Shown here: piece after piece, positions 39,656 to 51,328 of the stretch
Numbering within the stretch: position 1 is the stretch's first letter
Layout of the letters: each line of letters opens with the position of its first letter
Origin: an uncultured Chloroflexia bacterium
GTDB lineage: Bacteria > Chloroflexota > Limnocylindria > Limnocylindrales > CSP1-4
Assembly (NCBI GenBank): GCA_963712745.1
Contig: CAVQJC010000011.1
Span: forward strand, 32,001-96,000
DNA length: 64,000 nt
Direction of reading: 5' to 3'
Notes under the pieces: generated by a model
Told to the model about the DNA's origin: nothing
Seen by the model: the letters and a program-made list of their open reading frames with translations, nothing else
Databases searched by the model: none
Translations under genes and position numbers: made by a program

Positions 39656-41109
39656 TAGACGATCCTGAGCGCGCCGACCACGGTCACGCGCCGCTCCCGT
39701 GAGAACGTGCGCGGCCGGGTCAGGCCGTCACCGGTGGGGGAGGCGATGGAGAAGGAGGTGAAGCCCTCACCGTCTGCGCCGAGGCCCGCCAGGTTGGGGC
39801 CGTTGGCCACGAAGATGGAGCAGTTCATGGCGCGCGCCATGCGCGTGATGGTGTCGACGTTGGTGGAGTGGATGGAGGCGGTGTGACGGAAGCCGTGTTC
39901 CATGCGCACGGCGAGGTCGATGGCCGTGTCGACGGTGCCCACGCGCACGACCGGCAGCACCGGCATCATCTGCTCGGTCCAGGCCAGGCTGTGCTCGCGG
40001 GGCACGTCCGCCACCAGCAGGCGCGGCTCCGGGTCGGCCTGCACGCCGATCTCAGCCAGGATGACCGAGGCGTCCTTGCCGATCCAGGCGGGGTTCATCA
40101 CGCCAGGCTTCCCTGGCTGGCCCATCTCCTTGAAGATGACGCGTTCCAGCCGCTTGAGCTCGTGCTCCTTGAGCAGGTAGGCGCCGTTCTGGCTCATGGC
40201 GCGCAGCAGCCGGTCGGCGACCGTATCGACCGCGAGCACGACCTTCTCGTCGATGCAGACGAGGTTGTTGTCGAAGGACGCGCCGCGCACGATATCTGCG
40301 CCCGCGCGTTCGAGGTCGGCGGTCTGGTCGACCACCGCCGGCGGGTTGCCGGGACCGGCCGTGATGGCCCGCTTGTCTGTCTTGAGGGCCTCGCGCACGA
40401 CACCCGGACCGCCTGTCACGAGCAGCACGCGGATGCCGGGGTGGTTCATCAGCGCGCGGGCACTGTCGATGGTGGGCACGGCCGCGCCGGTGACCAGGTC
40501 CGGCGGCCCACCGGCGCCGACGATGGCGCGGTTGATGAGCCGGATGGTCTCCGCCGAGCAGGACTTGGCGCTGGGGTGGGCGTTGAAGACGACGGCGTTG
40601 CCGGCTGAGACGATGCTGATGGTGTTGTTGATGATGGTCGAGGTGGGGTTGGTGACCGGGGTGATCGCGCCGACCACGCCGAAGGGTGCCCACTCGGTGA
40701 CCATCATGCCGTTGTCGCCACTGACCGCCTGGACCTCCAGGTCCTCCGGGCCGGGAGCCTTGGTCGTCACCAGCCGGTTCTTGACGACCTTGTCGTCGTA
40801 GCGGCCGATGCCGGTCTCGCGATGGGCCATGCGCGCGAGCTGTTCGGCATGCTTGAGCATCGAAGCCCGCACGGACTCGATGACGGTCTTGCGCGCGGCC
40901 AGGCCGTGATCGCCGAAATCGCGGAAGGCCCGCTGGGCTGCGGCCACGGCCTCGTCCACGGTGGCGTGGATGCCGTCGCCGAGCTCGGCCTGGGCCGCGG
41001 CCGCCACCTCTGCCCCGGCCTGCATGCCCCTTCCCGGGCGCGCGACATCGGCCGCGGCCAGGCGGCTCTGCACCCGTTCGATGATCTCGGCGATCTCGCG
41101 TTCGTCCAT
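39655..41109 (-). CDS. BMC-associated acylating aldehyde dehydrogenase (EutE/PduP-like)
   Basis: N-terminal encapsulation helix [15 protein letters not shown]; TPVTNP, AGPGNPP, FDNNLVC (catalytic Cys), [13 protein letters not shown]. Confidence 0.93.
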   Translation of the reverse strand: MDEREIAEIIERVQSRLAAADVARPGRGMQAGAEVAAAAQAELGDGIHATVDEAVAAAQRAFRDFGDHGLAARKTVIESVRASMLKHAEQLARMAHRETGIGRYDDKVVKNRLVTTKAPGPEDLEVQAVSGDNGMMVTEWAPFGVVGAITPVTNPTSTIINNTISIVSAGNAVVFNAHPSAKSCSAETIRLINRAIVGAGGPPDLVTGAAVPTIDSARALMNHPGIRVLLVTGGPGVVREALKTDKRAITAGPGNPPAVVDQTADLERAGADIVRGASFDNNLVCIDEKVVLAVDTVADRLLRAMSQNGAYLLKEHELKRLERVIFKEMGQPGKPGVMNPAWIGKDASVILAEIGVQADPEPRLLVADVPREHSLAWTEQMMPVLPVVRVGTVDTAIDLAVRMEHGFRHTASIHSTNVDTITRMARAMNCSIFVANGPNLAGLGADGEGFTSFSIASPTGDGLTRPRTFSRERRVTVVGALRIV

Positions 41110-41140
41110 GGATCCTTCTCGCTCGCAGTCGGTCGACCGA

Positions 41141-41428
41141 CTACTTGCGGTACATCTCCTTGCCATCGACTTCCCAGGTGTCGACGATGGCCATGATCAC
41201 GGCGTCACAGGGCTTGTCCCTGGTGGTCTCGGTATTACGTGCCGAGCTGCCGCTCGCATACAGCACCACCTCGCCCACGCCAGCCCCGACCGCATCGGCC
41301 GCCACGACGTAGCCGCCGGTCTCCTTGTCCTCCGCGTCGAGCTGGCGCACGACGAGGAGCTTCCAGCCCTCGGTCAGTGGCTCCTTGCGGCTGGCCACGA
41401 CCGTGCCGGTCACTCGTCCGAGCAACAT
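41141..41428 (-). CDS. BMC-P pentamer (EutN/CcmL family)
   Basis: [40 protein letters not shown]. Confidence 0.94.
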   Translation of the reverse strand: MLLGRVTGTVVASRKEPLTEGWKLLVVRQLDAEDKETGGYVVAADAVGAGVGEVVLYASGSSARNTETTRDKPCDAVIMAIVDTWEVDGKEMYRK

Positions 41429-41485
41429 GCTGTTCTGCCTTCTGCGGGCTGGGCGCCGAGCCAGAGACCGACGCCCTACCCGTCG

Positions 41486-41800
<315 letters not shown>

Positions 41801-41885
41801 CAGTTCGTTCTCCCTGTGCTATGCCTGTTTCGAGTCTCTTCGTCGTAGTGGTGTCGCTGTCGTGTCGATGCCTCGTGGGCCACTG

Positions 41886-42498
41886 CTACTTCGCCTCACG
41901 CCCCTCCAGCCCCTCGACGGCGGCCAGGGCAGCCCGCCAGCCCACGTCGATGTCGCGCTCCTCGCCGCCAAGGTAGATGCGACCCATGGAACCGAAGTTG
42001 CGGACCTCGAGGATGTTGATGTCCGCGGCCTTCTCAGCCTCGTTGGCAGCCAGCGCGGCATAGGCCGCGGGCTCCATCTCGAGCACGTACAGCGTCTGGC
42101 CCGGGATGAGCATCTGGCCGTGGCGCGTGCGATTGATGAGCTGCGCCTGATGGTCGTCGATGCGACGGATGATCTGGCTCGAGAGGACGCGCGGCTTGAT
42201 GCGGTCGGTCTCCTTGAGCCCCATCTCGCTGAGGATGGCGGCGCCTGCGGCGCGGACCTCCGCCTGCGAGGGGGAGTGGATCTCGAGCATGCCGTAGTAG
42301 CGCTCGATGATCTGCATGCCCGGCTTCACCTGCGTGGACTTGAGGGCCACGTCGGTGAGGCGATTGATCTCGATGCCGGGCGAGATCTCGATCGACAGCG
42401 AGGCATCACCCGCGAGCGGCAGGAAGCCCTGGGCGACCGTGCCCAGGAAGGCCGCGTACTGGGCCTGCAGGCTGTCGATGAATGAATAGGCCCTTAGC

Positions 42499-42512
<14 letters not shown>
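41886..42512 (-). CDS. BMC-T permuted double-stacking shell protein (CcmP-like)
   Basis: [52 protein letters not shown]. Confidence 0.9.
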
Positions 42513-43382
<870 letters not shown>

Positions 43383-43386
<4 letters not shown>

Positions 43387-43964
43387 CGGTCCTTTCCCCG
43401 AGTCGTGCCGGTGTAGGAGCGTTCGATCGCGCTGATCTTCTCGACGCGGCGGCCGTGGCGTTCGGCCCCCCAGTCGGTGGCAAGCCAGGTCTCGACGACC
43501 TGGAGCGCCAGGGCGGTGCCCAGGAAGCCGGCACCCAGCGTGAGGACGTTGGCGTAGTTGTGCTCGCGGCTGTTGCGGGCCGACGAGAGGTCGTGGCAGT
43601 TGGCGGCCCGGACACCGGGCACCTTGTTGGCAGCCATGGCGGAGCCGATGCCGGCGCCGTCGACGACGATGCCCCAGGTACAGCTGCCGTTGGCCACCAG
43701 CTGGGCCACGGCGTGAGCCAGGTCGGGATAGTCGACGGCGTCGTCGCTGTGAGTGCCGCAATCGCGCACGGCATAGCCGTTCTCGGTGAGCCAGGCGCCG
43801 ATGGCGTCCTTCATGCGCCAGCCGCCATGATCGCCGGCGATGGCGACCGTGGTCCGGCCATCCGTGGGAGAGGTAGCGACCGCACCGGCGTCGAGCGTCT
43901 GGTCGACGATGCGGCGGACCAGGGCCCGGACCTCGTCGGCTGAGGGCGTGCGTTGGTCAGTCAT
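43383..43964 (-). CDS. rpiB: Ribose-5-phosphate isomerase B family protein with an encapsulation peptide
   Basis: GDHGG, DYPD, ANKVPGVRAA, REHNYAN, RHGRRV; N-terminal helix EVRALVRRIVDQTL. Confidence 0.9.
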
Positions 43965-44907
43965 TGGCGAGCACCCACTCGGCCGTGGCTTCGTCGGTCA
44001 CGAACGTCTTCATGCAGGCTGCGCGGAGGGACCCGAGGGCCACCGGGCCGCGGCCCGGTCCGGCGGCGAGACCGACCGTGCTCTTGCCGCACAGCTCGGT
44101 CAGGGGCAGACCCACGGTGCGCTCGTCCAGGCTGGGCAGGGCGATCTCGCCGGTGACGGTGATGAAGCGGCCCAGGACGTCGCCCACGGCGCCGGCCTGC
44201 TCCAGGCGCCGCAGCTCCGCCAGGTCCAGGTAGCCCGAGGCCACGTGCACGCTGTCGGGGCCCATGAGGCCCATGCCGAAGACGGCGCTGGTGGCCTTGC
44301 GAGCGGCCTTGAGCGGCTGGGCCACTGATGGGTCCGCCTCCAGGGCCGCGCGCAGCTCCGCGCTGCCCACGATGGCCGGCGCGGGCATGAGTTGGATGGC
44401 GGCACCGGTGGTAGCACCGAATCGCTCCACCACTTCCTGGTAGCGGGTGGGCTTGGCCGAGCGGCTGATGGCGCCGTTGAGTTGGACGATCTGCTTGGCC
44501 TCCGTCCAGCCCGGCTGTAATCGATTCGCCAGCTCGATCATGGTGCGGCCCCAGGAGACGCCGATGACGCCGGTCGGTGCCATGGCGGCGAGATACCCGG
44601 CTGCGGCTGCGGCCACGCGCTCACGAGCCAACTGCTCGTCCTCGACCGGTTCGCCCGTCGTGGGCACGTCCACCACCACCGCATCGACCAGGCCGAAGCG
44701 CTGCACGAGGGCATCCTCGAGCGCGACCAGGCGCGCGACGGGGTGGACGATCTCGATGCGCACGGCCTGCTCCCGCAGCGCGCGGTCCAGCAGACGGCCG
44801 ACCTTGAAGCGACTCACGCCCAGGCGCTTGCCGATGGCGTCCTGGGTCAGTTCCCCGTGGTAATAGAGCTGCGCAGCGCGGACCATCAGGCGCGTGTCCA
44901 CCGACAC
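43957..44907 (-). CDS. SorC/DeoR-type sugar-binding transcriptional regulator (start approximate)
   Basis: AAQLYY...TQ..I..RLGVSRFKV.RLL HTH; GVSWGRT; GAVGDV.GRF; FVTDE. Confidence 0.92.
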   Translation of the reverse strand: MSVDTRLMVRAAQLYYHGELTQDAIGKRLGVSRFKVGRLLDRALREQAVRIEIVHPVARLVALEDALVQRFGLVDAVVVDVPTTGEPVEDEQLARERVAAAAAGYLAAMAPTGVIGVSWGRTMIELANRLQPGWTEAKQIVQLNGAISRSAKPTRYQEVVERFGATTGAAIQLMPAPAIVGSAELRAALEADPSVAQPLKAARKATSAVFGMGLMGPDSVHVASGYLDLAELRRLEQAGAVGDVLGRFITVTGEIALPSLDERTVGLPLTELCGKSTVGLAAGPGRGPVALGSLRAACMKTFVTDEATAEWVLAND

Positions 44908-44945
44908 GTGCTCAGTCGCAGGCGGATCCGTCGTGACGGACGCGA

Positions 44946-45008
44946 TGCTCAAATGTGCAGGCCTCTGCTCATATGCAGCAAGCGTAGCACCAGACTGCCG
45001 CCTGTCAA
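44946..45008 (-). promoter_or_regulatory. Sigma70-type promoter of the BMC operon with two operator-like imperfect palindromes
   Basis: Minus-strand TTGACA (45008-45003)-16 nt-TACGCT (44986-44981) with an extended TG; TGCTCATATGCAGCA (44966-44980) and TGCTCAAATGTGCA (44946-44959) immediately downstream. Confidence 0.7.
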
Positions 45009-45025
45009 GCGCGTATCGTCTGGGC

Positions 45026-45775
45026 ATGGAGCGTTTCAGCGACCGTCGCATCCTCGTCACCGGGGGCGCCAGCGGCATCGGTGCAGGCATCGCCAGGCGT
45101 CTCGCCGACGAGGGTGCGCAGGTGACCGTCTTCGACCTCCAGCCCGTCGGCCCGGACGCGGTCGGTATCGTCTCGGTGCAGGGCAGCGTGGCCGACGAGA
45201 CAGCCGTCCGCGAGGCCGTCCGCGTGGCTGCCGGGGAGGAGGGCCGCCTGCACGGACTCGTCAACAATGCTGGTGTCATGGGCCCCGGTGTGATCGACCG
45301 TCTCGACTTCGACGAATGGCACCAGGTGCTCGACGTGAACGTCGGCGGCTACATGCTCGCCGCCAAGCACGCCTTCGGCCCGATGCGGGCGGCCGGCGGC
45401 GGCGCCATCGTCAACTGCTCATCGATCATGGCCTTCAGCAGCGGACCCGGTCAGGCGGCCTACTCGGCCAGCAAGTCGGCAGTGCTGGGCCTGACGCGCG
45501 GCGTGGCCATGGACGGGGCGCCGCACGGCATCCGCTGCAATGCCGTCTGCCCGGGGACCATCGAGACGCCCATGTACGAGCGCCACCTGGCACGCCAGGA
45601 CGACGCGGAGGCCGAGCACCAGCGACACCTGGAGCTGTACCCGTTGGGCCGCCTGGGACAGCCGCAGGACGTCGCCGGCCTGGTCGCGTTCCTGCTGTCG
45701 GACGACGCGGCCTGGATCACGGGGCAGGACTTCATCATCGACGGTGGGTTCCTCGCCGCAGGCACGGTCAGATGA
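45026..45775 (+). CDS. Short-chain dehydrogenase/reductase
   Basis: TGGASGIG, NNAG, YSASK, PGTIET, TGQ..IIDGG. Confidence 0.92.
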   Translation: MERFSDRRILVTGGASGIGAGIARRLADEGAQVTVFDLQPVGPDAVGIVSVQGSVADETAVREAVRVAAGEEGRLHGLVNNAGVMGPGVIDRLDFDEWHQVLDVNVGGYMLAAKHAFGPMRAAGGGAIVNCSSIMAFSSGPGQAAYSASKSAVLGLTRGVAMDGAPHGIRCNAVCPGTIETPMYERHLARQDDAEAEHQRHLELYPLGRLGQPQDVAGLVAFLLSDDAAWITGQDFIIDGGFLAAGTVR

Positions 45776-47016
45776 CCGTCACCATCGACTCGGTCCAGGC
45801 CATCACGCTGCGGCCGACCACGGAGAACCTGGTGCTGGTCAAGGTCGGGACGTCGGAGCCCGGCCTCCACGGCTGGGGCTGCGCCACGTTCACGCAGCGC
45901 TACACGGCCGTGGTGGAGGTGGTAGAGACCTACCTGGCGCCGTTGCTGGTGGGCCGGGATGTGGCGCGCATCAGCGAGCTGTGGCGACTCATGGTCACCA
46001 ACGGCTACTGGCGCAACGGGCCCGTGCTCAACAACGCCATCTCCGGGGTGGACCAGGCGCTCTGGGACATCAAGGGCAGGCAGGCCCGCCTGCCCGTGTA
46101 CGACCTGCTCGGCGGCAAGGTGCGGGAAGCGGCGGCGGTCTACCAGCATGCGGCCGGTCGTGATGCCGAGGAGCTGTGCGATGCGGCCGGTTCGCTGGTG
46201 GAGCAGGGTCTCCGGCACGTTCGTGTCCAGCTGAGCAAGGCTCCGCCCGCTACGGCAGGGGAGCTCAAGGCCGCCGCCGCGGGCTATGGCGGGGTGGGCC
46301 TCTCCGGTCCGGCACCGGACGGCGCACTGCCCGGGGCCTACTTCGACCCCGTGGTATACCGGCGCACGATGCTCGAGGCGTTCGAGCGCCTGCGTGGCGC
46401 TCTCGGCGCGGACGTGGGCCTGCTACACGACGTCCATTCGCGGCTGGCCCCGGCGGACGCGGTCGACTTCGCTCGAGGGGCAGAGCCGTACGGGCTGTTC
46501 TTCCTCGAGGATGCCCTGCCGCCCGAACATCTCGACTGGTACGGCCGACTGCGCGCGGCCACGACCACGCCCCAGGCGGTCGGAGAGCTGTTCGTCCATC
46601 CGGCCGAATGGCTGCCCCTGGTCAAGGAGCGGCACATCGACTTCCTGCGCCTGCACGTCTCGGCTATCGGTGGGCTGACGCCGGCCTGGCGGGCAGCGCA
46701 AGTCTGCGAGTCGCACGGCGTGCGCACGGCCTGGCACGGGCCCAAGGACGTCTCGCCCGTGGGCCATGCCGCTCAGCTCCACCTCGACGTGGCCAGCCAC
46801 GCTTTCGGCATCCAGGAGTTCGCCGGGTTCAGCGAGGCCGAGCGGGAGATCTTCAGCGGGCTGCCGGAGCTGCGGGACGGGTACCTCTATCCGGGCGCGC
46901 GACCGGGGTTCGGCATCGAGGTCGACGAGGCCGCTGCAGCCCGCTTCCCGGCCTCGGCCGAGGTCATCGATTGGACCCAGTCCCGCTATCGAGACGGATC
47001 GCTGTCCTACCCCTAG
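45772..47016 (+). CDS. Enolase-superfamily sugar-acid dehydratase (RspA/ManD-like)
   Basis: YWRNGPV, ALWDIKG, LLHDVH, FFLED, VGELF, WHGP.DVSP. Confidence 0.9.
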   Translation: MTVTIDSVQAITLRPTTENLVLVKVGTSEPGLHGWGCATFTQRYTAVVEVVETYLAPLLVGRDVARISELWRLMVTNGYWRNGPVLNNAISGVDQALWDIKGRQARLPVYDLLGGKVREAAAVYQHAAGRDAEELCDAAGSLVEQGLRHVRVQLSKAPPATAGELKAAAAGYGGVGLSGPAPDGALPGAYFDPVVYRRTMLEAFERLRGALGADVGLLHDVHSRLAPADAVDFARGAEPYGLFFLEDALPPEHLDWYGRLRAATTTPQAVGELFVHPAEWLPLVKERHIDFLRLHVSAIGGLTPAWRAAQVCESHGVRTAWHGPKDVSPVGHAAQLHLDVASHAFGIQEFAGFSEAEREIFSGLPELRDGYLYPGARPGFGIEVDEAAAARFPASAEVIDWTQSRYRDGSLSYP

Positions 47017-47119
47017 CGGGGAGACGGGCCTCGAGGAACGAGGGGGTGAGTCCGCTGGTACCAAAGACCGCGACGCCGTCGTGCCAACGTCGCGGTCCCG
47101 GTCGTATCGTGGCTCGCGT

Positions 47120-47670
47120 CTAGAAGACGCTGTCAGGGTTGTAGAAGCGCTCCACGTTCTTGTCGGTGATAAGGGGAGATGGGAAGACGCTGTCCTGGGG
47201 CGCGTTCGCACCGGCCAGGATGGCCATGATCCGATGGAAGCCCGCCCGCCCGATCTGGTCGGAGTTGTTGAGACCAGTCGACTTGTAGGCGCCACCGTCC
47301 ATGATGGCGACGAGCGCTTCCTTCTGGCCGTCGACCCCGGCGATAATGACCTGGTCGGACAGGCCCTGGTCCTCGACGACCTTGAGCGCACCCAAGCACA
47401 TCGAGTCGTTCTCGCAGAAGACGGCATCGAGGTCCGGGTTCTGGGCCAGCAAGGTTTCAGCCGCGGTGAAACCACCGTCGGTGCTCCAGTCGGCGAAGTC
47501 GGGGTAGGTGATGACCTCGATGTCGGAAGCCTCCACCTTACTGAGCATGCCGTTGGTGCGATCCAGGCCGATGCTGTTGTCGGCGGGGCCGCCACGGATG
47601 ACGCCGAGCTTGCCGCTGCCACCGAGCGTCTCGACGAGGTAGTCGCCGGTCTGCTCGCCGACTGCGTGAG
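47120..47670 (-). pseudogene. C-terminal half of an RbsB-type sugar ABC substrate-binding protein (N-terminal half absent)
   Basis: DRTNG, ADW, FCENDSMCLGA and IAGVDG present; no signal peptide, N-terminal lobe or partner ABC genes. Confidence 0.75.
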
Positions 47671-47827
47671 CCGCTGCTCCGGGCGTCACGAGAGCTCTCT
47701 CGGCAGCTCGGCGGACAGCCCCCGGCCTAGGCCTTCGCCCGGACATGGACGTGAGGCGGCGCCGCACCTGGAGGTGAAGCGCCGTGACTGGGTGGCTGGT
47801 TCGGCGCTCGAGGCGCCGGGTCCGAAG

Positions 47828-48277
47828 CTAGATCGTCAGCTGCGAGCGCAGCATCCAGGCCGCCTTCTCGACCTCGTCGGTCGTACTGATGAGGATGTCC
47901 TGGCTGATCGGGTCATCTTCGCCGACGGCCACGATGCGCTCCTTCATGCGCACGGCGATGGTTTCCATGGCGGCGGCCACGCGCTGCACCGTCTCGGTGG
48001 CGGGTACGAAGCCCTCCGGGTAGGGCGGCAGCTCGCTGGAGGTGCCCACGGTCTCGGCGCGGCCGTCCGGGGCCACCCCGATGGTAGCCAGGCGTTCGGC
48101 CACGCGGTCGGAGGCCAGGCGGGCCAGGTCGACGATCTCGTCGAGTTCGAGGTGCACGGAGCGGAACTGTGGGCCGGTCACGTTCCAGTGGGCCTGCTTG
48201 CCCAGGAGCGAGAGGTCCACGAGCTCGACGAGGGTGGCCTGCAGGGCCCCGGTGACGTTCTCGGTGGGTGCGGTCAT
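47828..48277 (-). CDS. dps: Dps family ferritin-like protein
   Basis: KQAHWNVTG, HLELDE, DRVAER, EKAAWML; AAGGAG RBS. Confidence 0.95.
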   Translation of the reverse strand: MTAPTENVTGALQATLVELVDLSLLGKQAHWNVTGPQFRSVHLELDEIVDLARLASDRVAERLATIGVAPDGRAETVGTSSELPPYPEGFVPATETVQRVAAAMETIAVRMKERIVAVGEDDPISQDILISTTDEVEKAAWMLRSQLTI

Positions 48278-48348
48278 GGCATCTCCTTCGCGCTTCGCGC
48301 GGCGTGGTCAGGGCGTGGGGGATGTGCGGCAATGGTACGCCGTTCTGG

Positions 48349-49086
48349 TCACGGCACGGTGACACCCTGCAGGCGCTCCCACAGCGCCTCAGCGTGCAGG
48401 GCCATCTGCCCGTCCTCGTCGTGCCGGAAGAAGACGAAGGTGTCGGTCCCCTGGGCCGCCAGCGGCTCCAGCCGCGCCGCCCAGCGCTCGATGTCGGCAG
48501 GCTCGTAGGCCGTGCGGCGCAGGCGCAGGTAGACGAACCCTCCGCCCCGCTCCAGGTCGGGCTCCTCCCGATCGTCCCAATCGACCAGGACCAAGGCCAT
48601 CCCGGCATCGCGCAGCCGCTCGTGGACTCCGTCGGTGCGCCAGCTCGGATGCGGCAGCTCCAGCGCCAGCGGCGTGTCCCTGGGCCAGGCTCCAAGCACC
48701 CGCTCGAGTGCCGTGTCGTCGCGTTGGAGCGAACCACGCATGGACATGAGCACGCACCCGAGCCGCGTGCCGAAGACCTTCATGGACTCCGTTAGCCAGG
48801 CGAACGATGTGCCTGGGTCATCGTGTGACCACGCTCGCCACGACGTGCCGCGCTGGGCCTTGGGGCAGAAGCGGAACGATCCGGGTGTCTCGCGCAGCCA
48901 CTTGGCCACCTGCTCCGGTGGTGGCCGGCGGAAGAAGGTGGTGTTGAGCTCCACTGCCGGCAGCCGCTCGGCGTAGGCCACGAGCAGCTTGCGGCTGGCC
49001 TTGCCAGGCGCGTAGAACCGGGGCACCCACTCCGGATATGAGAATCCGCTGGTGCCGACGTAGAGCCGGCCGCGTTCGCTAGCCAC
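48349..49086 (-). CDS. DUF72 family protein
   Basis: YVGTSGFSY, VELNTTFF, HPSW, YLRL; GTG 7 nt after TAGGCT. Confidence 0.9.
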   Translation of the reverse strand: MASERGRLYVGTSGFSYPEWVPRFYAPGKASRKLLVAYAERLPAVELNTTFFRRPPPEQVAKWLRETPGSFRFCPKAQRGTSWRAWSHDDPGTSFAWLTESMKVFGTRLGCVLMSMRGSLQRDDTALERVLGAWPRDTPLALELPHPSWRTDGVHERLRDAGMALVLVDWDDREEPDLERGGGFVYLRLRRTAYEPADIERWAARLEPLAAQGTDTFVFFRHDEDGQMALHAEALWERLQGVTVP

Positions 49087-49217
49087 GAGACGCAGCCTAC
49101 GCCCTTGCGTGCCGCGTATGCCCTTGCGGGCTGCCCACGCCAGGGCGGTGCTGGATGGCACTTGACCCCGAAGGGGGACGCCCGACGATGAAGTGGCGCT
49201 CGTGCAGGGGGAGGTCG

Positions 49218-49477
49218 ATGTCGGATCGGGGCGGTGATGAGGACCGCTCCGAGTTGGGTGCCGAGTACCAGTTCATACGCGGCTACATCAGCGCACACGT
49301 GGACTGACTCTGTTCATCGTCGGTGGCGTGGCGCTCCTGGCGGCCATCGGAGGGTCTGTGCAGGATGGCCCGCTCGCCATCGTCTTCGTGGCCGGCGCGA
49401 TCGGCACGCTGGTGCTGCTGGTCGGCACGCTGGTGTGGGCGCTCTTCCGGATGATTCGCTGGTGGGACGCAGAGTGA
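49218..49477 (+). pseudogene. Small two-TM membrane protein with an apparent -1 frameshift near 49290 (absent from the ORF track)
   Basis: GGAGG + ATG; the shifted frame reads GLTLFIVGGVALLAAIGG...LAIVFVAGAIGTLVLLVGTLVWALFRMIRWWDAE*. Confidence 0.5.
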
Positions 49478-49512
49478 TTGCCACCGTGGCGCCGATCTCG
49501 CTGAAGGTCCGG

Positions 49513-50562
49513 TCAGTCGGCCGGGGCCTCGACCTCCGCTGCCTCCGCCCGGGCGTGGCCGAAGAGCGGGCGCTGGCCCACGCTGGCGTTGACCAGCACG
49601 ACCCCCGCGACGATGAGCGCTGCCCCGACCAGCTCCAATGGGCGTAGCCGCTCGCCGAGGAAGACGAAGCCGAGCGCGATGGCCACGACGGGGATGAGGT
49701 AGGTCACGAGCGTGGTCCGCGTCGCTCCCCAGCGCGCGATGATGCGGTAGAAGAGCAGGTACGCCACCCCCGTGCCGAGCGCTCCCAGCCAGATCAGGCC
49801 GACCCAGCCGAGGGCGCTCTCGGGGATGGTCAGCAGCCCGCCCTCGGGTCGCTCGAGGACGAGCGCGAGCAGGCTGATCATGAGCAGGGCCGACACGGTC
49901 GAGCCCAGCGAGATCTCGACCGGCAGCGGAGCCCGGAAGGTGCCGTCCGACTGCTCGATGATGGGCATGCCGGTCACCCGCCGCCGCGTGTAGACCGAGG
50001 CGACCGCGTAGAAGACCGCCGCGCCGGCCACCGCCAGCATGCCGGCCACCGCCAGCGCTGCGTCCTCATCGCCACCTGCTGCCTCCAGGCTCGGTAGCGC
50101 CAGCACGATGACACCCACGAAGCCGATGCCCAGGCCTCCGACCTTGGCGGGGGTGATGTGCTCGTCGGCAAGGGCCACGGCAGCGAAGACGATGGTGAAC
50201 AGCGGCACCATGGCGTTGAGGATCGAGGCCATACCCGAAGGGATGTACTGCTGGCCCCAGGCGATGAGCGCGAAGGGCACCACGATGTTGGTCGCGCCCA
50301 GGAAGGCCATGCGCTTCCACAGGTTCCAGCGCAGCGGCAGGCGTCCACCGCGGGCCAGCAGCACGACCGCCAGCAGCAGCCCGGCGAAGAGTGTGCGCAG
50401 GCTCACCAGGGCCAGCGGGGTAACGCCCTCGTCGAGGCCGATCTTGATCCACAGGAACGAGCTGCCCCAGATAGCAGACAGCACGAGGAACATGGCCCAC
50501 GTCTGGGGGTCGCTGGCGGAGTGAGTGGTCGGCTGGTACTTGGGGTGGTCGGGTCTGCTCAC
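49513..50562 (-). CDS. EamA/DMT family transporter
   Basis: IWGSSF, two EamA repeats, YLIPVVA..LG..FLGE. Confidence 0.92.
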   Translation of the reverse strand: MSRPDHPKYQPTTHSASDPQTWAMFLVLSAIWGSSFLWIKIGLDEGVTPLALVSLRTLFAGLLLAVVLLARGGRLPLRWNLWKRMAFLGATNIVVPFALIAWGQQYIPSGMASILNAMVPLFTIVFAAVALADEHITPAKVGGLGIGFVGVIVLALPSLEAAGGDEDAALAVAGMLAVAGAAVFYAVASVYTRRRVTGMPIIEQSDGTFRAPLPVEISLGSTVSALLMISLLALVLERPEGGLLTIPESALGWVGLIWLGALGTGVAYLLFYRIIARWGATRTTLVTYLIPVVAIALGFVFLGERLRPLELVGAALIVAGVVLVNASVGQRPLFGHARAEAAEVEAPAD

Positions 50563-50643
50563 GGCCTTGATGCTAGACACATCAGCAGGGAGGCAGGTCG
50601 CGCCGCGGTCCCGCCCCGATCACGTCGCGCTACCATCGCCTGC

Positions 50644-51234
50644 GTGAGCCGCTACGACGCCACCACTGCGCTCCTGGTCATCGACGTCCAGAACGACTTC
50701 TCCGATCCGGCCGGCTCGCTGTCCGTGAAGGGGGGCGCCGATGTCGTGCCGGTCATCAACGGTGAGATCGAGGCCGCCCTCGCGGCCGGCGGCAAGGTCT
50801 TCTACACACAGGACTGGCATCCGCCCTCTACGCCCCACTTCGAGAAGGACGGCGGCATCTGGCCGGTCCACTGCGTGGCCGACACCTGGGGTGCCGAGCT
50901 TCATCCCGACCTGCGCATCGAAGGCCCGGTCGTGCGCAAGGGCAGCAACGGCGAGGACGGCTACAGCGGCTTCACCATGCGCGACCCTGAGACGGGTGAG
51001 ACCCAGCCCACCGAGCTCGAGGGCCTTCTCCGCGCAAACGGCATCAGGCAACTCGTCATCGCCGGCCTGGCCACCGACTACTGCGTGCTGGCCACCGGCA
51101 TCGACGCCCGGGCACGCAAATACCCGACGACCCTGCTGGCGGCCGCCATGCGCGCCGTAGACCTGCAGCCGGGCGACGGCGAGAAGGCGCTGGCGGAGCT
51201 GCGGCTGGCCGGTGCCTACGTGGACGAGGGCTAG
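50644..51234 (+). CDS. pncA: Nicotinamidase/pyrazinamidase (isochorismatase family)
   Basis: IDVQNDF, QDWHP, WPVHCV, GLATDYCV. Confidence 0.9.
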   Translation: MSRYDATTALLVIDVQNDFSDPAGSLSVKGGADVVPVINGEIEAALAAGGKVFYTQDWHPPSTPHFEKDGGIWPVHCVADTWGAELHPDLRIEGPVVRKGSNGEDGYSGFTMRDPETGETQPTELEGLLRANGIRQLVIAGLATDYCVLATGIDARARKYPTTLLAAAMRAVDLQPGDGEKALAELRLAGAYVDEG

Positions 51235-51328
51235 CGCGAAGACGCCACCAGCCGGTGCCCCGGCGCCCCAAGCATGGCAATCACAAAGCACGGCACGGAC
51301 AGCGCCCGGTGGCACTAGACTGCGCGCC

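Noticed and set aside
44743-47016. 757-aa ORF suggesting an SDR-dehydratase fusion
   Set aside because: The SDR is in a different frame; the dehydratase starts at 45772
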